From: Albugo candida
Lineage: Eukaryota
Assembly: GCA_040437565.1 (NCBI GenBank)
Contig: JBDOQK010000018.1
Location: 248,001 to 311,981 of the forward strand
Length of the DNA stretch: 63,981 nucleotides
Direction of reading: 5' to 3'
A program made the translations under genes and the position numbers. Below are positions 1 through 12,322 of this stretch, in pieces (the first letter of the stretch is position 1; the number at the start of each line of letters is the position of its first letter). Under the pieces are notes generated by a model. It was not told where the DNA came from. It worked only from the letters and a program-made list of their open reading frames with translations, and ran no database searches.

Positions 1-1
1 A

Positions 2-1081
2 CATGGAGACACGCTATATCGTTCAGCAAGCTTACAACAAGGAGATCCCGCCTTAATATTGATCAAGGGATTGGCGGCAAAAGCGTGGCAATCGAATCGA
101 GTGAAGATGGGGTTGGCATTGTGGCTTTTAGGCGTCTTTTTCATGATGTTTGCTCCCAGCCCGAAGTCACTGACCGCTGGTACGAAGATGTTNNNNNNNN
201 NNNNNNNNNNNNNNNNNNNNNNNNNNNNNNNNNNNNNNNNNNNNNNNNNNNNNNNNNNNNNNNNNNNNNNNNNNNNNNNNNNNNNNNNNNNNTTTAGGCG
301 TCTTTTTCATGATGTTTGCTCCCAGCCCGAAGTCACTGACCGCTGGTACGAAGATGTTTAAGTAGTATCATTTATAATTGCATGTACGCTTTCAGATATG
401 AAAAATCAATTCCAACAAATGATTGTTGAGGCTGCAGATGCACCTGCATACGAGAAAGCACTCAGAAAGTATCAGAATGCTCGTTTTCACGCTGACGAGG
501 CAAAAGTTTGGTTTTGGCGGTTCCGAGAGCCACACAAAACTATCGTACGCGACCGGGAGAAAAGTGTTAATGAATTAAAAAGCAAATTAGATCATTTGGA
601 TGCCGAACGTGAAAGAAAGATGACAAAAGCGAAGCAGTTTGTCGGCATTTGGTCCGACTACGGCATGGATGACGTGCGTAACCGATTTTGGGGCGCATAT
701 GACAAAGGAAAAATGTTTGCACAGCAGCAAACGTTTTACCACATGATAATGTATGTTCTCTCTGGTCGGAATGAAGACATATTGAGTACCATTTTGAATT
801 GGGTATTCGTGGCACTTGCTAATTTTACAACGGGATTAATTGGTAGTCTATTTTACTTCATGTTCAGTCTCATCGGCATGATCTATTCGTATCAGCCTGA
901 TCCCTTCAGCGCTGTCGCCTTCTTTGCCTTGGGCATTTTAGGTGCAGCTAGCGTTGTCGCTTCGTATTTGATCGGAGTGTATGGTATGGTGGCTAGCGGC
1001 ATGTATGTGGTTAGTAAAGCCGCAGCGCGAAATGCTTTACAGGATGAAGCCCGACATCATATTAGGTACGAGCAACGTTGA
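2..1081 (+). CDS. Membrane protein of unknown function (N-terminal TM helix, coiled coil, C-terminal TM helices); possibly 5'-partial, interrupted by an assembly gap
   Basis: The frame is open from base 2 (first in-frame ATG at 107, MGLALWLLGVFFMMF). After removing the duplicated gap flank, a GT-AG intron at 346-395 joins it in frame (ACC GCT G|AT ATG) to ORF 398-1081, which has a charged helical segment and several hydrophobic segments. Confidence 0.75.
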
Positions 1082-4000
1082 TATTCATGCAGTTGGGCTG
1101 TGATTCTCGGATCTTCGATCGATATTGGATGCTAATTTTTGAATGCTAATTTTTGAAATAAAGAGCAGCCTGATTCTCATCATGAAGTGCTCTATTCATA
1201 ATCGTTCAGCTCCGCTGAGTACTTTTTTTGAAATGACAATACTCAGATCTTTGTACGCACGAAAAAGTAGAGTGCCAGTAGTCCATGCACGCACAAATAT
1301 TCAAAGCTTTTTTTGCCGCCGGTGGTGGTGAAGGTGTTCATTTGGGTAAAAGTACCTTTTCAGGCAATCTCATTTCTTGACAATACCATTTTTGTGTGAC
1401 TATATGCCACTAAAGTTGGATGAGATCTACATGCTGTAATCGCGCTCGTTGGAGTTGTTCAGTAACCAGCTAATTGGGTCTTCGCGAGATACAAGAAATA
1501 AGATAGGAAGAAAAGTCTCTGGTCATATCGCATTCACGGGTCATCGCCTATCGAATGGTAAATCTATCCATGTTATAAATATTCGGAGCAAGCGACATTG
1601 AATAAATCGAGGACAAATTGCTTCCTTCAACGAAAACTGAACGTAAGTAGAAGGACACCCATGACATGAAGCATTTACGAATGATAAATAGAAGATTGTT
1701 TCACAGCCCAGGTTGGATGTGTTTGTCATCACAACAAAATCATCCGAGTTATGCTTGTAGCAATAAAAATCAAATTTGAATGATATCACGACTAGGAGAA
1801 GGCTCAGACGTTAAAGAGCACAAGATGCATGCTCGAATGAACGAAATCGTATACTGCATTGATCACATCGACATATGCCCAATGTGAACGACATAGAAAG
1901 TGCTTGACATAACATAGATCTGTTGTCGTCGACTCAATTTGTATCTCGTGCTTTCACTGACATCTTCCTGACTAAATTTCTCATCCCCCGCTGTGATCTG
2001 AACCTCTTGCTAAGAAGAGAGCCTACTGAAGATAAGATATACATTTTCGGTGCAAGAGTTATGGAGAAATCAATCGCTGGACCGACTATTAACACCATTC
2101 GTTTCCGAAAATATACCATTGGTACCACATCTACTTTTCATGAAGGGGAACAGCAAACGGAGAGTGATTAACCAAGCAAAACCGTAAAGGAATACACGCC
2201 AGGGCATACAACCACGAATTTTCGCTCGGCCGCTCAAATCTCTGAGCTGAGGTTGAAGATACAAATTCCTTTCGCTCTGCTTCAGAGATATTTACTTAAT
2301 TCCTTCTTTATTCAATCAAGCCTTTGAGTGACATTTGCTGACACCATACACGGCCAGAAAATCTATTTATTATTGACTTTATCAGCTCGGAGGGCATATC
2401 TAGATATTGTCCCGAATCTTAAAGATCAACAATGTTCTTTTTTGTATCTACATCCTCAAATATCGTCGCACTGCATTTGAAAACATGGAACAGGATGATT
2501 TAACCTATACAAAATTGAGTCGCCGTTGAAGCACTGAATACACTGCCTTTTCACACTGAATACAAACGTCACCTAAAAGAACTTGCTCATCAGCTACTGT
2601 CTACTATGAGCAATATCTAACAGCTGCTTCGAGAGCAGCATCTGCTGACAGCCAATGCCGACATAGTTGTTTTTACACACCAAATATTTAGTCGGCAGCG
2701 TAAGATTTCACGACACAACTTGATCCGTTTGCTTTCATTTACGTGGATGTAGCAGAGTGCACCACTACTTTCCATGAATGCTTCACTACGGCCGAAATCG
2801 TGTTCCCCTTGATATGATTCCTCTTCACCTTGTTGGCTATCAGCGCCATAGCGTCTTTCTTCATGTTTCAAGTAATCTTTGCTGCTATTTGTGCGGTGGC
2901 TCAAAATCTTCGTTATTCAAAAATCAAGTTACTACTTAGTATAACTTCTGTGAGAATTGAGATGCACCAGAGTTTGGCAGTTTGAGGTTTCGTCAAAGTG
3001 AACACGGCAGAGATGTACCGTCGCTGTCACACCATGGAACACCATTGAGCTACGCAGCGTTTCATGTCCGTCTCTAAGAAGATGAGAACAGAAAATAGAC
3101 CTCTTGGAGAGTCTGCGTATGCTAGCAACCTTTGAATTCATGAGAGCACAAAAAAAGAGGAATGCGCCAATTTGTCCTGTCGTGAAGATTTTGAGAGAAG
3201 ATAAATAACACGAAGGCTGATTCTAATCGCGTGAATATCTCACTCGTACTAAAGTTTCTTATATATGCAAAAAAGGATTTATCACAGCCACGCACTGCTT
3301 TTAGAAAAGAACAGATCGTATTTTCCACTTTTCCCCTAAATGTTCTTATAAGGACTTGATTCGGAAGTGATCAGGTCTAGAATTGCGTGGTGCAAAATGA
3401 TTGGACTTTTCACAGAAACGTCAAGGAGACATGGTATCAAGCTGGCAGAGGTACACTGTAGGATTGATTCTTTCAACAAATTGTCTTTATGATACGCTTT
3501 AACAAGATTTTGGCTGGGCAACCTGAATCAAGCGACGCGAAACGTGAGCACGTATAGTAGCATGTGATATTGTAAGGAGAAATCGGTATTGCAGGCAAGC
3601 TTTTTGTACATAAGCGAGATGAACAAAGGCAAATTTTACAATAAATGTCAGAAGAGGACAGGAGTTTTTCCTAAAAACTGCCGCGTGCAAAACCTTTCCA
3701 ACCTGGCTCGTTCCCAATTTATCAAAATAGACGAGCATTGTTTCTCATGAAAGCGTATGGAAAAACTACCTTGCTTGTAAATGAATGAACGGGGGCGGCT
3801 TATGCCAAGGTAGCTTGCTCATCGAATATTGGCTAGCAATCAAATTTTGTGCGACAGTTTGACGTGAGAATGAAGAATCTGAATTTACACCACCGAATGC
3901 TTGTTCTTCCACGTCTTACTGCACGATTCCATTGTCAAGAGCTTTTATCTTGATTTTTGCAGAGACCTGGGCAATACCGAAGGTGACAATTAAAGAGATG

Positions 4001-7000
4001 TCTATTCGGTCACGCTTGAATACTCGGATAGCACTGAGAAATCGATGCGATCTTGCAGATACGAGATTGAAAACGGTTATTGGATTCTTTTCATGATTGT
4101 TTTTCACTCAAGTGAGATTTAGAGCTATCCAAGTCCATATCTTGGGAAGGTAGCGATTGAAGCATGCATAATGTCTCGCTGGGATAATGATCATGCATGA
4201 TGCAAGGCCTTTTGAGGAAGCAACATGAGCTAGAGTCTAGCCATTCTCCACAACAATTCGTTGATAAGTCGCTCGATTGATTACGTAGCATTCCAGCAGA
4301 ATGACGTGGTGGTGATATTTTTGGCACCAAATCCGCGCGAATAATGCATGCTTCGTCTTGATTTGCGTAAGCGCGTTAGAATCGAGATTGCAGTCAAGTT
4401 TGAAAAAGTGTGTGATGAAGTGTATACTGCGCGTGCACTTATTTGAGCAGATTTGTTGTTAGGTCCACCAATTATAAGCATTCAAGGGCGCTTCGGCCAG
4501 CAAAAACTTTTCAGGTTTCGTATCCTCCGTGAAGTCACTTGGTGAGAAATAAGGGAAAATTTTTTTCATTTCGATTTTTTTACACTTGTACACTCAGTCT
4601 ATACCAAAGCGTTTTGCAATCAATCGCCGTAATGTTATCGAGCATCGAATCTTACATCAGATACATGATACTTGCCTGACGATCCGAGCTCCCCATCCTA
4701 CAGTCTGCAAGCTTGCTTGGGTGCACGTTGTGCTTGCTATAAAGACATAACCGAAAACAGCGCCTTTGTTTGAACGCAATTCATAGCTTTTAAGCATTTT
4801 ATTTATGTCAAGTCGTCAACAACACTAGTTTAAAGTCTGAGCATCCATCGCTTAGGCNNNNNNNNNNNNNNNNNNNNNNNNNNNNNNNNNNNNNNNNNNN
4901 NNNNNNNNNNNNNNNNNNNNNNNNNNNNNNNNNNNNNNNNNNNNNNNNNNNNNNNNNCAGACTCCTCGAATCAGACGTACTGATCAATCACTTCAGATTG
5001 TGGCTGTCTAAGAACATGATCTTGGTTAAGATGCCAGCTGATCGGAGACGAGTGCAAGCATAGTGTATAATGCTTTGAGAAAAAGGCTTTGATGATAGAT
5101 CAAAACATTCAGCAATGCTGAATGGCTTGAACAGCGTCAAGAGTATGTGAAGAGCCACAAGACGGTCTATCGAGGTGTTCTCCTATCCTGCATTGAAGAT
5201 TGCTCCAGTTATTATGCACTCGAATGACAATAATTAAAAACAGTAGAAGGTGTTGTATCCTTAGAGTGATAAGTGTGTGAGACGGTGCAACATCAGCACT
5301 CAAGTGACGAATCTGTTACAAAAGATTTGTAACAGGAGAGAACTACGCGTGCGAACAGTTCCGCGACGTGACGAAGTTTTCCAGGCTTTTGATTGGCTGT
5401 TAATCGGTGGGTGTACATTCAGCAGTGGCCATCTTTTATTGCATTCACATTGTCAGGTGCTTTCCACGTCTCGTAAAAGCTCTGAATATTGTCCAGGAAA
5501 TGGAATTTGTTTGAAAGACGCGGTAGGTCTTCTGAGCCGACATCCACGTGAATATTTTCTCTCTCTTCAGAACCTCCTTACTTTGTTTCCTATGTAACGC
5601 GCAATAGGCCGCCATACCCTGTGTAGTTCCGTTTTAACAGAGCATGGTGTAAAATGCAGGATAAGCCATGACTTCGTTTATGTATTTTGACTTAGCAGCA
5701 CACGGGACATCAAAAGAAAAAAAGCTTTTCTCATGCCAGCATGATGACTGGGACCTTAGTAAGCAAGAAAGCAGAGAGTTTAAGAAGGCATGAAGGTTTT
5801 TGAAAGTTCTTTCGACGCTTCGTGCGATGGGTTAACGTCCTGATGGTACTGATCGCAAACAATGCTACACGCAACCAGCTGAATACCTCAGATTTGTCTC
5901 CCACCACAGGTCACAGGTTTAGAGGCGTCAATCTAGACGTAGGCCAGTCATGATTTGCGTGTATTAAGCAGAAAGGGAGTAGCTAATTTGTTGAAGCAGA
6001 ACTCGCCCGATAGAGCAACCATTTGATTTTACCGAATGAAGAATGGAATTGCTTCATATATCCTACCGTAGCCCTAGTATTTCATTGAGTGAACTCAAGT
6101 ACTTAGCTGATTTCGATGAACCTCTACCGATATAATAGCGCTGAATGTAAAGCATAAGCCATGTTATGATAGTCCTTCGAATTTGTGGCGAAGTTGATGC
6201 ACATATTGTTTGGCGGCACGAGAGAATTCCCACCGCCAACACTAATCTAGCTTATTTTCACGGCAGCGAAATAGCGTCACATTTATAGATTGAGTTGACT
6301 GAGCGTAAACTCAATTGCAGCCGCTTCCAGATCACTTCAATATTGTATGACCCGCAGAAATCTGAATATAACCCCTCAGGTTACGAATGCAGCTTCAAAG
6401 CACAACTTTTACATTTTCGAAAAGATGAGATACAGTATTTGTGCAAAAAGCATCCAAATTATATAGAATGCAGCCTGTCCCCGTTGCTTCTAGCCATATA
6501 CACTCATGTTCCGAGGGTGGGGATGACGTTCGAGTAATAAGTGCATCTTCAACTTCTATCTGCTCTTACTTTGACAATTTAGCAGCCTGACCATCGGTAC
6601 ATGCAACTAACATAGTTCAACATCAAAACCAAGTAGTAGCAGTACTGACATATGAAATGTCTATCAATCCACACAAGCGATGATACTAGGGAGATTGCTC
6701 CCAGGATTCAGCATCTCGAGCAAAATCGTACCTTATACGGACTGCTATTGGGAAGCTACAGAGCGGGTCGAAATTATCTAGGCTCTAGTATCCATGTCCG
6801 TCAAAGCTATATTTACAAGTGGAGTAAACAGAGTTAACTTAGTGAATCGGGTGCTCCCAAAGGTTGGGAATTATAGATACGTCCTCTGGATTGTCTTTTG
6901 AGGCTTACGAATCCATCGGCATAGCGCCTTTCGAACGCATTCTGGGCTAGAAACTAAGCTCAAATTATGAGGATTCAATACTCCAATCCGTCGTCGGGTC

Positions 7001-8972
7001 CAGAGCAACAACATGTCTCAACGGTACTATGCAGAGACGTTCAGTCGGTGAATAGAAATCATTGGAACTTTGCTATCTTGCAGAACTTGTTTAAGATCAC
7101 CTCAATAACAAGATATTAATTCAATCCGCAGGTCACCACTTCGTAGGGGAAGGGAATTCTACAGAAGTAATCAAAAGGTAGACTCCCTTATACGGATATG
7201 GCGCCCTGACGAAATCCTGGACGGTGATATTATTATTCACGCCAGATTATTTTTTCACCCAACATGGCGTATACTTCACCTACCGCAATTCAACAGCGCT
7301 TGATTAATCTCTAGTCTGCACCTATGCTCGCAAGGCTTGCTCCCTTAGATCCTTTGAAGTCAATAGAAGTTGCTACGCCCACATTAGTGATAACGTTTTG
7401 CTCATTTGGATTTTTCGATGTATATAATTGAAGTTTTTTCTTAAATTGCAATCTCAAAGCTTGTCCTTCTGACTCTACGAATGATGGAACCAGTCAACGC
7501 ATTGGCATGTTTTTCTCTACTTCACGCCATTGGTACTTATTGACAAACTTTTGCTGAAAGCCTGCTGATAATCTACATCTTTGCGAACAAGGTAGCACGT
7601 TGTGTCTTCCAGTGGACAGAAATTGAGAGCACTTTTTTTNNNNNNNNNNNNNNNNNNNNNNNNNNNNNNNNNNNNNNNNNNNNNNNNNNNNNNNNNNNNN
7701 NNNNNNNNNNNNNNNNNNNNNNNNNNNNNNNNNNNNNNNTGATGGAACCAGTCAACGCATTGGCATGTTTTTCTCTACTTCACGCCATTGGTACTTATTG
7801 ACAAACTTTTGCTGAAAGCCTGCTGATAATCTACATCTTTGCGAACAAGGTAGCACGTTGTGTCTTCCAGTGGACAGAAATTGAGAGCACTTTTTTTATT
7901 TATCTCACTAAGCGAAAATTCTTGGTCATTAATTATGACTACAGGACGAAAGTTTTGCCCTACAAATTTCATCAACGAGAAGTAATTGGGTAGAAATGCC
8001 TGGTCGTAATGTTACAAAATGCACAGGCTAAATATCTATGATCGCATTCGACTCTTGAAGTCAGGCCGAAGATTCCATCAGAATCATTGCTTGCAGCTTT
8101 CTGTAGAAGCAGGTTAAGCGAGATTGACACATTCATTTTACTGTCATCCCTCAAGGCAAAGGCATTTTCAAATTGTCCGATTTATACGCGATATAACCAG
8201 CAAAACATCGGCCAAAGCAAATTTATCGAGAATAGAGTGAGATTGTAGGCGTGAATACTGTGTAGCCTTTATCATGTTACCGTGTCATCGGTAGCTTCTT
8301 AGTTAATGAAAAAATTTGCAATAACCTCCTCTTTGATTTCATCGATGCAGATAGAGAGATTGCGATATATTGTGGCAATGGTAACTCCTTCACAAACGCA
8401 TAAAGTCTACCCACCGATAAAAATCGTTACAAGATAAAAGGGATGTTTCTCTGTACCGAAACGCAATTTCATATCGAGACGCGCCCGCTGTTCGGATTAA
8501 CTTCAAACAATCCCTTTCCAAGTTTCATAAATTTTGCTCTACAGCACAGAAAATCGCCTCTGACTGTACTTCGTAATGATTTAGAATACAGTGGCGTTCT
8601 TGTATCGTCTTTCTTAAAGTGTTTATTGCGAAGTCTAAACATGTATATTCGTGCTGAATCCAGTATATCGGTTCTTCAGATGGTTTGAAGATGCACAGCT
8701 CTTACCCTTTTGCTTCACCCCAAGCTGTATCTATAAATGCGAAAGTTATGTGGCTCCTTTTTTCTCTATATCCGCAGTTATGTAGAGTGTCGTAGTCGTA
8801 TTTCCATTGTGAGCGCACCTATCGAACTCCAAGTATGACATGCTATTTCAGACGTATGCGGAATTACGTTCTAATTACTAGTCGGTATCGCACGTCTATT
8901 CCGAATGATCACTTTGTCGATCAGGTGGTTGCAGGATAATACGGAAAGATACTGTCTACAACCAAGCTTTCA

Positions 8973-10062
8973 CGATGATTTTTTGTAAATTGTTCGTTAA
9001 CGACACCGGGCCATGCTTTTCTGTCAATTTCTACTTGATAATACGTGCATGTATATGTGGTTATAGACAAGTCGCTTCTAGCAATCCGTCGGCAAAGGAG
9101 AGTACACTGCACACTGCGTAGAACTGCTTGTTTCCGAATATTTATCGATCGTATGTGGCATGTAAAGGTTTGGAAATCTACAGTTGCTGCAACAGATCGC
9201 TGTTAATGACAACATCCACACAAGTCCGGATGCTCAAAGATGTACTATTATTGGGACAGATTTATCAATTGATACCTCGTTTGTTTGGGCCCAACTGCTA
9301 ATTCGAATGAGCACACGAAAGAGGGCACCTCAGACTGTGAGAGTTAGCTTTGATGAGAGAATCAAAATATTGATACGTGATTAATAACATTTTTGCTTGC
9401 AAGCTCGTAAAGGCGTCGGTCGAAACAGGTCATAGAGTCATATGATTTTGAGGTTTTTACGTGAAGTNNNNNNNNNNNNNNNNNNNNNNNNNNNNNNNNN
9501 NNNNNNNNNNNNNNNNNNNNNNNNNNNNNNNNNNNNNNNNNNNNNNNNNNNNNNNNNNNNNNNNNNNCGATGATTTTTTGTAAATTGTTGTTAACGACAC
9601 CGGGCCATGCTTTTCTGTCAATTTCTACTTGATAATATGTGCATGTATTTGTGGTTATAGACAAGTCGCTTCTAGCAATCCCTCGGCAAAGGAGAGTACA
9701 CTGCACACTGCGTAAAACTGCTTGTTTCCGAATATTTATCCATCGTATGTGGCATGTAAAGCTTTGGAAATCTACAATTGCTGCAACAGATCGCTGTTAA
9801 TGACAACATCCACACAAGTCCGGATGCTCAAAGATGTACTATTATTGGGACAGATTATATCAATTGATTCCTCGTCTATTTGGGCCATACTGCTAATTCG
9901 AATGAGCACACGAAAGAGAACGCCTCAGACTGAGAGAGTCAGCTTTGATGAGAGAATCAAAATATTGACGGGTGATTAAAAACATTCTTGCTTGCAAGCT
10001 CGTAAAGGCGTCGGTCGAAACAGGTCATCGAGTCATATGATTTTGAGGTTTTTACGTGAAGT
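8973..10062. repeat. Two diverged ~495-bp copies (8973-9467 and 9568-10062) either side of a 100-N gap
   Basis: Direct repeat with about 25 differences (hand count) including 2 single-base indels, unlike the other gap-flank duplications, which are identical. Confidence 0.9.
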
Positions 10063-10287
10063 AGGACCATGCAGACAAGGGCATTCTACTTTCGTAATTA
10101 ATGTGCACGATTCACCCATTAAAAGTAAAAAAAACATGCTCGCATGGTAGTAAACGAAAGGACACATGAGAACGAGTGCTGAACACTGAGCGTTGAGGAT
10201 ATTTTTGTCACGCTATTTCTCTCATCTGCTCCCAAAAAAACATTGACCGCAGAACTTGTGATTCTCATACGGACAAATTAATTTGGA

Positions 10288-11934
10288 ATGGTACGGATGA
10301 AAGTAGAGATACAAAGAGATGCTTGGAATAATGAGGACTCCAACAACAATAATTTGGATCAGCATGATGTCTCCCAAGTAACAACTCGTCATGAATCTAA
10401 TATGCAAAAAGTAGAGCCCTTATTGATACACGACGGAAAACGGGCATCGATTATTACTTCTGACATATGTGAAGCGACGCAAACTCCTTGGACACCAAAA
10501 GCATTGGGACGCGCCAAAAGTGCGTTTATTTACAAGGCAGGTGTAGGAAAATAATGAATTGATGCCGTTCACATAATTTTTTTGTTACAGCAATGCTTGA
10601 ATGACACGCTGTTGATAATGGAACGAAATATTCTCTTCTTTGCGGACTGGACACCATACTTTGTATCGCTGCAGCAAAAGCATCTGGTGCTATATACAAG
10701 TCGAGAAAAATGGGAGCAGGGATTGAGTCCGGACAAGGTATCTATGATATAAGCATGTGATATTTCGTCTTGATTGTCATATCTTACGGGCAGGTTGTAA
10801 AGCTTACCAAAGCTATGATGCTGGGAGATATGAAAGTTGAAAATTCAGCTGAGGATCGAAATAACAACAACAACACCGGAAGGCTTTTCCGTCGTAGAAT
10901 TTTAGAGGTTGACAACATGGATGAGGTAAATGATTATTATCCACAACGTTACAACATTCTGATTGTTTGTTGTTGGGCTCGCATAGTGGGTCAATTTGGA
11001 GCTTCAGCAAGGATTGGTTATAGGTGGCGGTAGCAATGTCGATGCCACTTATAATAATAATCCAAAAGCCAGTACGCATTGTGTCCTCGAGTTTGCCACA
11101 ACCAATCAAAATACTTTCGAATTATGGACAAAGGCAATTCGGCGTGTGCTGCAGGCGCAAATTGTTTTTTCAGATAATGAAGTGATACAGAAGTATGACA
11201 ACAATGAAAAGCGCGTTCATGATACAGATTCATGGGTATCGCCAGGACGAGATTCAAGACTATCTTTGCATCAAAGCGAAATATGGTGTCAACGTGTCTT
11301 ATCCGAAGATCGAGACAAGGCAGAATCGGAGATGCGTCGTATTGTCGCTATGGAGAAGCTTATAAGTCAGGTCACAAGTCCAAGAATGGCGTTGTTAGTG
11401 TATGAAAAAGTCAGTAGGGTTCACGAGCTTTTCATCGCTAACAGTAGAAGAGAAATCGAACGTTTGGATGGACGACAATCGCCAATATCCTCTAAAATTC
11501 TCAATTTTTTTGCGGATCATCTGAAGCGAAAGTATTCCGTTTTTCTCAATTTGGCATTAGCCTACGGAAATCATGAAGAACAAATTCGGCAAGCTCATGA
11601 GACCATGTGCCGTGAGAATGCATCTATTGATTCAGGCATTGGTGGAGGAGATGGAGAAATTCCTCGTGCTGTCGCATCTTATGGTTTCGAAGACGAAGAA
11701 AGCATTGAATTATACGAAAAATACCGAGATGCAGCACAAAATTATTATCGAATGAATTATGGTGAATCTGCGACGGCTGAAGAAGAGGATGCTGTGATGC
11801 ATCTACCTGTCATGTTGCAAGTTTCAATCATTCGTAAGGACGAAGAGGAGAGGCGAGCAATGTCATCGATACTGAGGACCGTTAAACAGCGACTCCAGGA
11901 CCATAGCAGAACACAAGAAAATGAGACACACTGA
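10288..11934 (+). CDS. PH-like domain protein, 4 exons
   Basis: Exons about 10288-10536/10542, 10591-10737, 10794-10925 and 10987-11934 join in frame. PH-like motifs KSAFIYK, WTPYFVSLQQKHLVLYTS and LEFATTNQNTFELWTKAIRRV are followed by a helical C-terminus. Confidence 0.75.
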
Positions 11935-12322
11935 TGACAAAAATCGAGCCATATACTACTAGCAAATGATTGCAAGCTGATCCGAAGGAAAAAATCCCCT
12001 TTCGTACTCTTTATTGGATGGCGAAGTATATAGTCATTAGTGTTGCACATATGCTTAATGGTATGCACAGTGTTCTTCTTGCTTTACTGAATTAGTTTCT
12101 TGGCATATCACTCCATGAGAAACGTACAAGACTAGGACCCGGCCTGAGATACAATATTTCGAGTCAGCATCTTCGTATTTACAGCATCATTACCGTTGCA
12201 CTTGAAAGACCGTTATCTCATCTGATTCATTGGATAGCCAAGAATCATTAGACCAGAGATCCCTACATCTATCGTGAAACGCATTTAGATTTTGTTTTTG
12301 CTTTGCTTCGGGTCGTACTTAA

